Positions 29,300-43,744 of a stretch of DNA of 64,000 nt are shown here, piece after piece. Source of the stretch: Octopus vulgaris (lineage: Eukaryota); assembly GCA_951406725.2 (NCBI GenBank), contig OX597820.1:32550001-32614000 (forward strand), read 5' to 3'. How positions within the stretch are numbered: position 1 is the stretch's first letter; each line of letters opens with the position of its first letter. The notes under the pieces were generated by a model, which was given only the letters and a program-made list of their open reading frames with translations, was not told the origin of the DNA and did no database searches. The position numbers were made by a program, and so were the translations under genes.

Positions 29300-29977
29300 G
29301 TGTGTGTGTAATATCCTTTCAGTGTGCGTGTGTGTGTATGTGTTGATGTGTAAAATATTTTCTGTGTGTGTATATGTGTGTGCGTTTGTGTGTGTGTGTA
29401 TGTGTATGTGTTGGTGTGTAATATATTTTCTGTGTCTATATGTGTGTGCGTTTGTGCGTGTATCTTTGTGTGTATGTGTTGGTGTGTAATATATTTTCTG
29501 TGTGTGTATATGTGTGTGCGTTTGTGTGTGTGTATGTGTATGTGTTGGTGTGTAATATATTTTCTGTGTCAATATGTGTGTGCGTTTGTGCGTGTATCTT
29601 TGTGTGTATGTGTTGGTGTGTAATATATTTTCTGTGTGTGTATATGTGTGTGCGTTTGTGTGTGTGTGTATGTGTATGTGTTGGTGTGTAATATATTTTT
29701 TGTGTGTATATGTGTGTGCGTTTGTGTGTGTATCTTTGTGTGTATGTGTTGGTGTGTAATATATTTTCTGTGTGTGTATATGTGTGTGCGTTTGTGTGTG
29801 TGTGTGTATGTGTATGTGTTGGTGTGTAATATATTTTCTGTGTGTATATGTGTGTGCGTTTGTGCGTGTATCTTTGTGTGTATGTGTTGGTGTGTAATAT
29901 ATTTTCTGTGTCTATATGTGTGTCCGTTTGTGCGTGTATCTTTGTGTGTACGTGTTGGTGTGTAATATATTTTCTGT
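29300..29977. repeat. 66-70-bp minisatellite with A/B alternation
   Basis: ttggtgtgtaatatattt at 29411, 29479, 29545, 29613, 29681, 29749, 29819, 29887 and 29955. Confidence 0.9.
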
Positions 29978-30452
29978 TGTGAGTATATGCGTCAATTTGT
30001 GTGTGTGTGTGTGTGTGTGTTTTGTGAAGACGCGTGGTTGAGTGGTTAGGATATCCGGCTCACGATCTTAAGGTTGTAAGTTCGACACACGTTGGGGAGT
30101 TATCTGTTATGACCGTTTTCATAAAGCCATCGCCTTCCTCGACCCAAACGGGGAGATCCTGCACAGCTGAAGCTCAATCTTCCTTTGGAGACGACCACAC
30201 TCCATACACTTTACTTCCAAGCACTGCTCATTCTCGTTGTTTATAAACAACGAGAATATAGCGAGAACGTTATAACTTAATGTGCATGTGCGACTGATTT
30301 CAAGGTCAATGTGTGCCAAGCGGCTTCGCTCTGCGTTTTTTTTTTTGGGGGGGGGGCTTCGTTACCATAGCACCATTCTCGGTACATTTTTCTATTAGAA
30401 CTCATATATATAGGCGTAGGAGTGGCTGTGTGGTAAGTATCTTACTTGCGAA

Positions 30453-30516
<64 letters not shown>

Positions 30517-30792
30517 GTATATATCAGAGAATTTTTAACGGAGACAATACTCCGTGTATAGTACAACTGTCTTTTGGCTCGTTTATGAGCTAAGGAGTAA
30601 TAAAAAAAAATTTGTAGAAGATAAAATTTTCACTTGATAGTACTTTATATCCGAAAACGAAATCGTGCTTACAGTGGATTATTAGACTTGGATGGGATAC
30701 ATGTTTATATTAAAAATTCATAAATAATAATTGATGCAAGTCAATTTTTGTTAATCAGTACTTCTCCATTTTCCGTTTTCTTTATGTATATA

Positions 30793-31011
30793 TTACTCTT
30801 TACTCTTTTACTTGTTTCAGTCATTTGACTGCGGCCATGCTGGAGCACCGCCTTTTAATCGAGCAACTCGATCCCGGGACTTATTCTTTTTGTAAGCCCA
30901 GTACTTATTCTATCGGTCTCTTTTGCCGAACCGCTAAGTAACGGGGACATAAACACACCAGCATCGGTTGTCAAGCAATGATAGGGGACAAACACAGACA
31001 CACAAACACAC

Positions 31012-31057
<46 letters not shown>

Positions 31058-31222
31058 TACGACGGGCTTCTTTCAGTTTCCGTCTACCAAATCGACTCAC
31101 AAGGCTTTGGTCGGCCCGAGGCTATAGTAGAAGACACTTGCCCAAGGTGCCACGCAGTGGGACTGAACCCGGAACCATGTGGTTGGTAGACAAGCTACTT
31201 ACCACACAGCCACTCCTGCGCC
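30793..31222 (-). mobile_element. SINE family A, full length
   Basis: Reverse complement of the family sequence from ggcgcaggagtggc to the tail. Confidence 0.92.
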
Positions 31223-31237
31223 TATGCCATATACATA

Positions 31238-32566
31238 CATGGGGTTGAGCTGAAAAGTTCATAGGCTGACTATGAAGGAGAGATGCTGGAGCTGTGAAAT
31301 CTTACATGCATTAATTTCATCTCTTCTTATTTGTAACTGCATTGATTCCTTTTAGGGAATCTGATATCTGACCGTTCAAAGAATTCAAATATATGCGTAA
31401 CTTTTTGCGACTTCTTTAGGAAATGGACAATATTTGGCATCGTGGATTATCAAGTACCTGCAGAAAAAGTGTTTAGCCCCCAAAGACATTTAAGCTGACG
31501 TGGTTGCTACATTAGGGGGTGACGCTCCAGCTTTATCAACAGTGCAAAAGTGTGGGCACCTGAATTTCGGAAGCGAAGGGTGAGTTTTGAAGATCACCCA
31601 AGGTCTAGACGTCTTGCAGCTTCCACCACTGAGGAAAACATTGACTGTGTTCATTATATGGAGTTGGATAACAGGCGATGTAGTATAAATCAAATAGTCA
31701 ATGCTATAGCTTGTCCCGCGAGTGAGTTGAGAATATTCTCTACAATGAACTTTGCATGACGAAGGTTTCTACTCGGTGGGCAGATCAAAAGCACACCAGG
31801 CTTATGACATCACAGGAAAATATGACATTAATTGAAGCAGATCCAGCTGTTTTCCTTGAACGTCTTCTAGCCCATGAAGAGGGTTGGCTTCATCATTTTG
31901 AGCCGGAGACAAAGAGACAAACATTGAAGTAGAAACACTCCTTCTCACCTACTCACCTGCAAAGGAAGTCAATGTCTTTTATCTGCAAAGATGACGGCCC
32001 CAGCTTTTTGGGGATGCAAAAGGCATTGTGTTTATTGACTATTTTCAAACGGACCAAACCATCAATAAAGAATACTATGCCAGCTTACTGAGGCAGTTAC
32101 GAAGGACTATCAAAACCAAATATTAGGGAAACTAACGAAAGGGATCTTGTTTTCTCAGGACATTGCTCCAGCACACAAGTTCTTGGTTTTAATGGCTGCT
32201 GTGTGGAACTGTGAGTTTGAGCTGGTTAGTCTCCCTCCCTATTCTCCTGATTTGACCCCTTCTGACTATCATCTGTTCCCCAATATGAAGCAAACACTTG
32301 GCTAAGAACGAGTATCGCTGTAATGATGATATCATCATATCTGCTACTGATGACGTTATATCCGCTGTTGACGACGTCATATCTGATCTTGATGACATTT
32401 TTTACCATCACGATGAAATCTTCTTCAGCAATGGAATCCAAGCACTGAAACACCGATAGGAGAAGAGTGTGGAACACAAGGGGTACTATGTTGAAAAATA
32501 AACTTCATTTGGTCACATTCTATGAGAGTGTCTTGGTCAGCGTATGAGCCTTTCAGCCGACACTCG
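31238..32566 (+). mobile_element. Full-length decayed mariner (DD34D)
   Basis: TIRs gctgaaaagttcataggctgac / gtcagcgtatgagcctttcagc with TA flanks; motifs STVQKW, HHFEPETK, FWD, QDIAPAH, YSPDLTPSDYHLFP. Confidence 0.92.
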
Positions 32567-33152
32567 TACCATTCCACTCAAGCAATTCTCTTACAATCCC
32601 ATCATGCATTGTTGTATTCTTCGGTCTAAAAAAAGGTGAGTGATTCCTGCTACGTCCCGCTATAACTTCCTGTAGCAATTATATTATATTCCTCCTCTAA
32701 AAATGTTTATTTGGGCATTCTTTTCCAAAACATTCTCGTTCCGTCGAAATTTATTTCTTCATGAATATAAATGCCATTTTAAATATTTATTCCTTACTTT
32801 CGGCGGCACAATTTCGCTGTTACTTAATCATTCACTCATTCACTTTTTCCTGCAGAACAAACGTTGCAGACTCGATGCAAGCAAATAAAATAACATTAAA
32901 TTAAAATAGCCACATGTGTACCATACTTAACGTATATACACCATAGAAATGCATGCTGCTATTATTTTTGGCTGAGAGAAAATCTCTTCATGGACATGTG
33001 TTAGAAAGACAATATATATCAGAGTGAGGCATCACAGCAGTGACGCATGAGGATGTTGGAAGCGTTTCGGCCATTTTAGGACTATTCAAATTACATATCC
33101 AGAGAAAATTCGTCCCAGGTGACCAATGCATTCACCAATGTTACGGTAAGCC

Positions 33153-33372
33153 TAAGGCAGTGAACTGGCAGTATCGTTAGCACGCCGGGAAAAAGGCTTA
33201 GAGGCATTTCCTCAGTCTTTACGTTCTGAGTTCAAATCCCGCCGAGGTAGTCTTTGCCTTACATCCTTTCGGAATCGATAAAATATGTACAAGTTGAACA
33301 CTGCGGTCGATGTAATTGTCTCCCTCAATTTCTCGGGAGTTGCTGGCCTTGTGCCAAAGTTTGAAACAAATA
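33153..33372 (+). mobile_element. SINE family B, diverged
   Basis: ggcagtgaactggcagtatcgttagcacgccgg...gagttcaaatcc. Confidence 0.8.
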
Positions 33373-34139
33373 TTGTGTTAAGCCTACAGGGCAGTAATAA
33401 ACTCCGTGTATGCAATTGAAACAGTAACCAGTTAAATATCAGAAAACTGTGTTTTTCTTCTAGTCCCTTTTTGAAAATATCCTTCGTTTTCCTTTGTATA
33501 TAAAGATGATAGCGTGTTTGAAGAGATAGTTATTATTTCTAGCCGACTCAACGACCACGTGGAGACTCCTTACGTGGATAGTGTTAGGAATAAGAGTGGA
33601 ACAAGTGGTGGTGGATGATGGTTGTGGTGACGGTGGTGATGGTGGTGATGGTGGTGGTAATAGTAGTAATGATAGTAGTGATAGTGTTATGGTGGTGGTG
33701 GTGGTGGTGGTGGTGGTGGTAATGGAATTAGTGGTATTGGTGATGGGGAGTGGGGTAAGAAGTGGGAAAATTAGGAAGGTGCTGGTACTGGTGAGGGTGG
33801 TTTCGGCGTCGACGATGATATAGAGGTGTTGTGTTGAGGCTAGACACGTTACGATAATACAGTTATCAGTTTCAAATTAACTGTCTGGGATATAGTGATG
33901 AGGGTGAATAATGAGGAGAGAAAAGACAAAGGATTCACGGCCGTTAACGAAGGAGGAAATATAACAGCGGATCACCACAAGTTCAACTGTCACATAGGTA
34001 CATGCATGCGTACATACATACACAGAATACATACATACATACAAGCATACATATATACATGCATATATACGTACACATATACATATACATATATATATAT
34101 ATTTACACATATACAAATACATGCATATATGTATACATA

Positions 34140-34510
34140 GGCAGCGCAGGAGTGACTGTGTGGTAAGTAGCTTGCTTGCCAACCATATGGTTCCGGGTTC
34201 AGTCCCATAGCGTGGCACCTTCGGTAAGTGCCTTCAACTATAGGCTCGGGCCGACCAAAGCCTTGTCAATGGATTTGGTAGACGGAAACTGAAAGAAGCC
34301 CGTCGTATATATGTATATCTATACATATATATGCGCGTGTGTGTGTGAGTGTGTCTCTTTTTGTTACCCCAACATCGCTTGACAACCGATGCTGGCGTGT
34401 TTACGTCCCCGTAACTTAGCGGTTCGGCCAAAGCGACCGACAGAATAAGTACTAGTCGTACAAAGAATAAGTCAAATGACTGCAACAAATAAAAGGGTAA
34501 AAGAGAGTAA
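34140..34510 (+). mobile_element. SINE family A
   Basis: Family sequence with a deletion near the 3' end. Confidence 0.88.
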
Positions 34511-34955
34511 GAGTATACATATATACTTACATGCATACATACACATATACATACTTACGTATACACAAGCACATATACATATATACATACATACTTACAT
34601 ACATACGTGCATAAATATACAAAGATAAATAATAGCATGCATGAGCGTGTGAAAGTGTGTGTATATATTTACAAATACTTGAATTTATGGATAAATATTA
34701 AAACGTTTAGACAAATATGTGTATTGGAATGTGTGTCTAAATACTATACATTCACACAACACACACACACACACACACACACAATGGCACAGAGGCACAT
34801 GCACACACGCACACACACACGCATACACATTCACACACGTACGACACAGAAATCGGGAAACTGGGCCCATGAGCCTGGCTAGGCTTGAAATGGGCAAAAA
34901 TTAAAATATATATATTTATAAATCTTTCCATATTTAAGGGAGACCCCTGGTTTCT

Positions 34956-35117
34956 GGGGTATGAAGATACACCGTATGGTTAAACTCCTTATGAGCGAGA
35001 AACCCAGGGTAACCACATCAACCGACCTACCCCACTAAAAAAAGGGATCTCATGTCAGCAGTGTTTAGAGTCTGGAGATACGCCGCAAGGCTAAACCCGA
35101 GAAACCCAGAGTAACCC
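34956..35117 (+). ncRNA. Tandem pair of degenerate type I hammerhead motifs
   Basis: gggt-ATGAAGA-tac-acc(gtat)ggt-taaa..cga-GAAA-cccaggg-TA-acc and gagt-CTGGAGA-tac-gcc(gcaa)ggc-taaa..cga-GAAA-cccagag-TA-acc; their consensus restores CTGAAGA. Confidence 0.6.
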
Positions 35118-35137
35118 AATAAACAGGTCTATGTATG

Positions 35138-35221
<84 letters not shown>

Positions 35222-35222
<1 letters not shown>

Positions 35223-35645
35223 GCGTAGTAGTGGCTGTGTGGTATGTAGCTTGCTTACCAACCACATGGTTCCGGGTTCACTCCCACTGCGTGGCACCTG
35301 GGGCAAGTGTCTTCTACTATAACCTCGGGCCGACCAAAGCCTTATGAGTGGTTTTGGTTGACGGAAACTGAAAGAAGCCCGTCGTGTATATGTATATATG
35401 TATATATATGTATCTGTGTGTATATATTTGTATGTCTGTGTTTGTCCCCCCAACATCGCTTGACAACCGATGCAGGTGAGCTTACGTCCTCGAAACTTAG
35501 CGGTTCGGCTAAAAGAGACCGATAGAATAAGTACTAGGCTTACAAAGAATAAGTCCTGGGGTCGATTTGCTCGACTAAAGTCGGTGCTCCAGTATGGCCG
35601 CAGTCAAATGACTGAAACAAGTAAAAGAGTAAAAGAGTAAAGAGT
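35222..35645 (+). mobile_element. SINE family A, full length
   Basis: Matches the family sequence head to tail. Confidence 0.92.
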
Positions 35646-35940
35646 AATATATATATATATACATAGATACATATATGCACACATACAAGAATACCCTGTT
35701 GATGTTGAAATTAGATATATGTTAGAAACCGGCCTTTTCTCTATTGACAATACATATATATATATATAAGTGTGTGTGCATACATGCAAATGTACCTCTA
35801 CATGCATACATATGCGTGCATACATTCATCCATCTGTTTATCGATATATCTATCCATCTATTCATCTATCTATGCATGCAAGCATTGAACATGATAGCAT
35901 TACAATATCATCAAACAAAACTTCCTTTGACTTGGAAGGA

Positions 35941-36011
<71 letters not shown>

Positions 36012-36401
36012 TACACACACACACACATATATACACACATACACGCCACGAAAGAAACAAAAATATAAATAAAATTCTATACGTTCGCAAATACCAGTTA
36101 TGGTGGTGTTTGTGGATGTGACAGATAAGTGGGGGAGGGGAAAGTGCGCGGGCACTCAGGAGCGCGCGCGCGCGTACGTGTGTGTTCTGGCGATTTTTTT
36201 TTTCTCGTCGTAGTCGTGGTAGTGTAATCATTCTCGATAAAAGTTTCACGATGGGTGTGGCAATCAAGATATTATTGTGGGGTGACAATTACCTGAAGAA
36301 AGGTGGGGGGCGGGCAGGTTTAATTAGCTAAAACCGTTTTGCTTAAGTAAACAACAAACATACATATACAAACACATACACATAAATAATATTTTATATA
36401 C

Positions 36402-36466
<65 letters not shown>

Positions 36467-36668
36467 TACATATAGGTATGTATGTATATATGGGTGTATC
36501 TGTGTATGTAGTTTAAGGATATATATATATATAAAGAAATGTAGAATAATAGATAGGAAATGGTGAAAGAAAGATTAGACAGGCGATATCTGTTTCCAGC
36601 GTTTAATTTCTTTGTTTGTGGATGTGGGGTGTGTATTTAGGTGTGGGGGTGTGATTGGGTGCGTGTGC

Positions 36669-36705
<37 letters not shown>

Positions 36706-36871
36706 CATGCCCACGCACAAACCATATGTATGCAGGTAATAGATCTATGTAGACGTGGTATGTATTCTCGCATACACACAAATATACGTATATACTTATG
36801 TACAGGTGCATGTATATACGCTTACGTGTATGTGTAGTATGTTTATATACATGCACATACATATTTAAATG

Positions 36872-36905
<34 letters not shown>

Positions 36906-37098
36906 TGTATGTATGTATGTATGTATGTACCAACGTATGCATGTATGTATCTATATGGATGTGTGGATATATGCATATACATGTATATGTGTGTAGGGAT
37001 GTGAGTGTGTATATGTCTGAATTTATATAATAGGCATTTATTCTCTCCTCTCTCTCTCTCTCCCTCTCTCTATACACACACAGACATACACGCACATA

Positions 37099-38311
37099 CA
37101 CAGACATGACAGAAATAAATAGACTCACCATAAACCATCGTTTTATGTTTATTCTAAGGTTTATCACTTTTATTAATTGCCATTTTTATGCTTCAGGTTC
37201 TATATAATCATGCTGTGTACAAAAGAAGCCTTGGAACTGTCAGAATTTCAAATAGGCCGGATTGTGGGCCATTATGAAGTATGACATAGTCAGCTTAAAA
37301 TCGCAGAAAACCTTTGAATCCCGGTTTCTACAATTAATAGAGTGATTGTGCAATTCACCAGAGAGGGGAAGGAGTCCACATCACTTCGCCCAAATCAACC
37401 AGGGGATTTTTTACTGGGCCCACTCTCTTTGCTAAGCGAAGTGTGGAGGATAATCCTCGTTGCGAGGCTTCTGACATAGCAGAACAGCTAAATGTCAGTC
37501 CTGGAAGAACTATCAGGTATATCCACAAACTTGGTTACTATGGCAGAGCAGCAAGAAGGAAGCCACTTCTTCAACCAGCCAACATCAAGCGGAGAAAAGG
37601 TTGCGCCAGTGGAATGGTGGACAGGCCATTAGCATTTTGGGACACTGTCATATTCTCTGATAAGTCCAGATTTGCTGTATTTCCTGTCAGTGGTCGAGTG
37701 AGGGTCCGGAGACTGTGATCAAGAATTTGATGTAAAGAGATTGCAGCCAATAATGAAATGCGGCAACTATTCTGTGATGGCCTGGGGAGCAATTTGGAGC
37801 AATGATTGATCAGAGCTAGTAGAGTGTGAAGGAAACATAAACTCAGATATATATGTGTCCATATTGCAGAAAGGATTCCTTCCAATCTTCTCCTGTGGTG
37901 AAATGGTTAAAAAAGACTTTATTCATGGAATAAAATTACCTAAAATTTGTTGGATGAAAATGGTATTAAAAAGCTTCCATGGCCAAGCCAGTCACCAGAT
38001 ATGAACCCCATTGAACACCTCTGGGACATAATGGACAGGACACTTCATAAAAAGAACAAGAAAGTACCTCCAAAGGCAGATCTTTTGAGATTACTGTATG
38101 AAACTTGGCAAGCAATTCCACAAGAGAATATTTGTCATCAGATCAGTAACATTCCTAATAGGGTCCTTGCATTGAAAAATGCAAAGGGCATGTCTACTAA
38201 ATATTAAATATTCACATTATAACAATTAATAAATAATTTAGATGTATAATTTCAGATTTAAATAATTGTTAATGATTATAAGGGTGACTATTTACTTCAG
38301 TTCTGGCTGTG
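37099..38311 (+). mobile_element. Tc1-like DNA transposon (DD34E), decayed
   Basis: TIRs cacag.ca.gac.gaa.taaatag with TA flanks; ELSEFQIGRIVG, ARRKPLL, VIFSDKSRF, WPSQSPDMNPIEHLW. Confidence 0.93.
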
Positions 38312-38442
38312 TATATACATACACACACACACGCACACATACACACACGCGCGCACACACACATATTCTCAACCACATGGTCCCAGCTTCAGTCCGGGTG
38401 CATGGCACTTTCGGCAAGCTGCAGTTTAATGACCGAAAAATC

Positions 38443-38762
<320 letters not shown>

Positions 38763-39075
38763 ACAAAAACGCAATAGAGGGCATTAAAACGTTCGGACAG
38801 ATAGACAACACAAAGGCGGATAAGAGAAACAACAATTAGAAGGAGAGGCCAAATAAAAGACGGAGCATTTTTGGCTTTCTTCCATCAGACAAGTCCCAGA
38901 TGTCACGACCATTTCGGGCAGTTACACTTGAGATGGTTCGATCTGGTCCCCTCCCCACCCAAAAAAAATTTTAGGCTAAGAGCATTAGACCCCCTATATT
39001 ATAAAGTATTCAACCAGTCTAATCTTGGATATTTTTATCCCTCTCATGTTCATATATCCTCACTTGTACTTTATT

Positions 39076-40517
39076 TGTCCTGTACTCTATTTTTTTCCTG
39101 TTTTTAAATAAATGTCCAGTTCCTTTGGTTTGTGTCTATGTTTTCGTTTCTCATTGTGTTCGACGTCCTTTTGGTGTCCTGTACTCATATATGCGTGTAT
39201 ATGTACATGTAGAGGTAGGTACGTACATATATGTTTATATATATGCATATGTTTTATTTTATTTATTAATGTATTATATGATGAAACGCACGCACCCCCT
39301 TAAGTAAGATTGTTCTTTATATCAAGTTTTTGATCTTGATATTAACTCTCACGCGCACTCTTAACCTTTCTGTCCCATCCCTTTCTCAGCCTTCATTCTT
39401 TGTTTTCCTTTTCCTCTACTTAACTTGTCTCTTCCTCTCTCTCATTCTTCACTCTCTCTCTCTCCCTCTCCACTCTTCATGGTTTCCTCGCAGCCATTCC
39501 CCTTCTTCTCTCCCTTTCTCTTGCTCCTCCTCCCCCCTTCCCGTCGTTCACCCGCGACGTGACTTCCGCCTTCCCGTCGTTCACCCGCGACGCCACTTCC
39601 GCTGCTGTCTCTCTCGCCTGGCTCTCTCAAGGTAATGGACGACATTTCTTCTTGCTCCGCTCGTCGTCCATAAAAAATTCTGCGTTTACAATACTTTTTT
39701 TCGTTCGGCGCAGGAGTGGCTGTGTGGTAAGTAGCTTGCTAACCAACCACACGGTTGCGGGTTCAGTCCCACTGCGTGGCATCTTGGGCAGGTGTCTTCT
39801 GCTATAGCCCCGGGCCCACCAATGCCTTGTGAGTGGATTTGGTAGACGGAAACTGAAAGAAGCCTGTCGTATATATGTATATATATATATGTATGTGTGT
39901 GTGATTGTGTGTCTGTGTTTGTCCCCCTAGCACTGCTTGACAACCGATGCTGGTGTGTTTACGTCCCCGTCACTTAGCGGTTCGGCAAAAAGAGACCGAT
40001 AGAATAAGTACTAAAAAGGTGGTGCTCCAGCATGGCCGCAGTCAAATGACTGAAACAAGTAAAAGAGTAAAGAGTAAAAGAGAGAGCCCTTCTTATCTTG
40101 TTTTTCCTTGTCCTGTCCTTTACTGTTTACAATTTGTACTGTCGTCACTGTCCTGTTTTTACCATTTTTTACCCCTCTGCGAAAAGATCTCAGAATTTTA
40201 ATTGATTTGCTTTTCGCAGGAAGGAAAGTTTTCTTGTCGAAGATACGTCTCGCTTTTATCCTTCATAAAGTAGAGTAGATGAAACCTTTAGCGACTGAAG
40301 AAGGGGTTTTTTCTTTGTGTTAATTGTCCTGTACTCTATTTTTTAGCTGTTTTTAAATAAATGTCCAGTTCCTTTGGTTTGTGTCTATGTTTTTGTTTCT
40401 CATTGTGTTCGACGTCCTTTTGGTGTCCTGTACTCATATATACGTGTATATGTACATGTAGAGGTAGGTACGTACATATATGTTTATATATATGCATGTG
40501 TTTTATTTTATTTATTA

Positions 40518-40519
<2 letters not shown>
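39076..40519 (+). mobile_element. Element bounded by ~195-bp direct repeats (LTR/pseudo-LTR-like), interrupted by SINE A at 39707-40086
   Basis: 39076-39270 closely matches 40326-40519; a diverged partial third copy lies on the minus strand at 48337-48443. Confidence 0.75.
39707..40086 (+). mobile_element. SINE family A
   Basis: ggcgcaggagtggctgtgtggtaagtagc...agtaaaagag. Confidence 0.9.
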
Positions 40520-40551
<32 letters not shown>

Positions 40552-40553
<2 letters not shown>

Positions 40554-41170
40554 GGTGGGATGTTCCAACGGAGACAATGAAGGGACGCAGCAAGCATTGT
40601 GATTACATTCGCATCCGCCCCGAATATCACCCTCATGTCTTTGAATAGGACTTTAGGTTCAATCCAGGCGGCTATGTGAACTGGTGGAGACTATGGTCAA
40701 ACCTTGAGTGGAGAACGTTGCTGCTAGAAGGTTCTTTGTAGCATTCGGCTCCTTGTCATATCACTTGAAAGAGTCAGAAGTGGTTATCGAGGAATTTCTA
40801 AGATATAACCAGCCCCACTTTCTGACCTCCTAATACCCGCGATTTAATCCCATGGATTACTGTGTGGTTCACATTTGAGAAAGATACCAACCACCCTGCT
40901 TGCAACACCAAGGCCGAGTTGGTGGTCACGATCAATTAGGTGCGCCAAGATCTGCTCATGGACACAGTGAGGATCGCATGCACTAGATTCCGGAACCATC
41001 TTGAGGCAGTGATGTAAGCTGAGGACGGTTGCTTTGTGTAAACTGTTATTTCTCAGCTACGTCTTGTTTTATACTTTTGATTTTTAACAATACTTTTATT
41101 TTTGGGTGGGATACTGTCGTTTTTCTTATCATTTTTTTGCAAACTGTCAAATTTACTGCGAACACCTTGT
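40552..41170 (+). mobile_element. DD37D/maT-like transposase C-terminal remnant
   Basis: SAPCH..KSQKWL..PPNTRDLNPMDY..EKDTN..CNTKAEL..CTRFRNHLEAV. Confidence 0.7.
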
Positions 41171-41219
41171 CCATTTACATGCATATGTGCATGTGTGTGT
41201 GTGTGTATGTGTGTATGTG

Positions 41220-41269
<50 letters not shown>

Positions 41270-41272
<3 letters not shown>

Positions 41273-41421
41273 ACGACGGGCTTCTTTCAGCTTCTGTCTA
41301 CAAGGCTTTGGTCACCCCGAGGCTATAGTAAAAGACACTTGCCGAAGGGGTCACGCAGTGGGACTGAACCCGGAACTATGTAGTCGGTAAGCAAGCTACT
41401 TAAGACACAGTCACACCTGCG
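41270..41421 (-). mobile_element. 5' half of SINE family A
   Basis: cgacgggcttctttcag...gggactgaacccggaac. Confidence 0.85.
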
Positions 41422-41444
41422 CATATATATATATATATACACAA

Positions 41445-41556
<112 letters not shown>

Positions 41557-42110
41557 GCATAGTAGCTAGGACATGTTTGCAAAAGTGCTTGCACTTTTAC
41601 GTATATGTGCTTGCATGCGTGTGTTTCTTGCATGAATGTCTCTATGCCTAAGCATATGAACACGTGTGTGTGTGTGTGTATACATACATAGACACATATA
41701 TACACGCATATATATATATATAATGCATAAGTGCATTACCTATAATACATATATGTATATATATATATATATTTGTTTGGGTAAATATACGTATATATGT
41801 GTACATACACACAAATAGACACACACACACACACACACACATAGACACACATAGACACACACATATATATATATGATGGTACAGATTTCCTTAGTCATTC
41901 GGTTAAGGTGTCTGTAATAAAATAAAACTGAAGAAGAAATAACGTATTCAACACGTAAGAAGACAGACTCAACCCTTCCCCCATCTCCACACACACACAC
42001 ATACACACAGACTCTTCTGTGTTTGTCACTCCCCCTCTCTCTTTCCCGTCCCTCAGACCACTCCTACTATTTACCTATTGTGTACCTTAACAATGGGCAA
42101 CAATTCCGAA

Positions 42111-42211
<101 letters not shown>

Positions 42212-42667
42212 AATAATAATAATAGTACGAGCAAATAAGACAATAGCATTAATCAAATAGAATATAATACAATAAAGTAAAAAAAAGTCCCGCCAACATC
42301 CCTCAGAGGATGGAGCGTGGTGGTGAGGCTTGTCCCACCTTCCAATGCTGCTTTCCCCTTCCTCCCACAACCCCTCGTCTTTATCTCAATTCTCATTTAA
42401 TTCTTCGTCTCCGGACTTCATCTCTTTATTTTTATCAGACTCTCCTATCTTCTTCATTTCACGCTAATTTATTATTAAAAGGGGAAGGAAGGGAAAATGG
42501 TGTGTCCGTGTGGGATAGGGAAGGAGGGCAGCGGCTGTGAAAGAGAAGAATCGTTAGAGCACTCGAAACAAATTTCTTGTGGAATTTCGTTAGTTACCTC
42601 ATTCACACGTTCTGTGTTCGAAACCCACCTATTTCAAGTTTGCCATCCATGGTTCTTTGAGACTATA

Positions 42668-42886
42668 TGAGAGTGTGCTGAAAAGTTCCTGGCATTCGGT
42701 AAACGAAAATACGGAAGGATCAGTTAATTATTATTTTATTCAACATATTTCTCTCTCAGACTCATACACTTATTGCAGTGGTCCTTCAGTTTTTCTAAAC
42801 CCTATAAAAGAACTCTGAAGGCTGGGCTCCCAACCAGGCCTTTCGCAATACCCTAAAAGTCAGGAACTTTTCAGTAACACCTTCTA
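42668..42886. mobile_element. mariner-derived MITE
   Basis: TIRs gctgaaaagttcctg / caggaacttttcag; same family as 38443-38654. Confidence 0.85.
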
Positions 42887-43142
42887 ATGTAGATGTTTGG
42901 TATAAGAAAAATCGTACAGATTTGGGTGGGAAAGGCTGAAGTCAAAAACTTTTAAATAAAGCGACAAAGGGGTTGGTGTATTCTACCGAGTACATCATTT
43001 TATCGGTTACTCAAAAAATTGTGTGGTGAGACGACGTCGGGGACATTGAACTCGCAACATGTATATACAACCATCCATCCATCCATCCGTGCATACATAC
43101 ATACATACATACATACATACATACATACATACATGCATGCAT

Positions 43143-43469
<327 letters not shown>

Positions 43470-43559
43470 AATTTTCCTCGAATGGGGCTTTTACATGCCG
43501 AAATCTACTTGGTGTAATTGATAATTATTCCAAATTAATTAATTTCACCCTTTATTATT

Positions 43560-43677
<118 letters not shown>

Positions 43678-43744
43678 ATATATATATAAATATTTTTATA
43701 TATATATATCGGCTGTTCAAAACATACGTTTTCGAGAATATTAT

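Noticed and set aside
30030-30090. tRNA gene (also 6140-6208 and 58072-58140)
   Set aside because: A and B boxes are present but there is no closed acceptor stem; these are SINE heads.
40270-40306. GAAAC...CTGAAGAAGGGG as a type II hammerhead
   Set aside because: Helices II and III cannot be paired convincingly.
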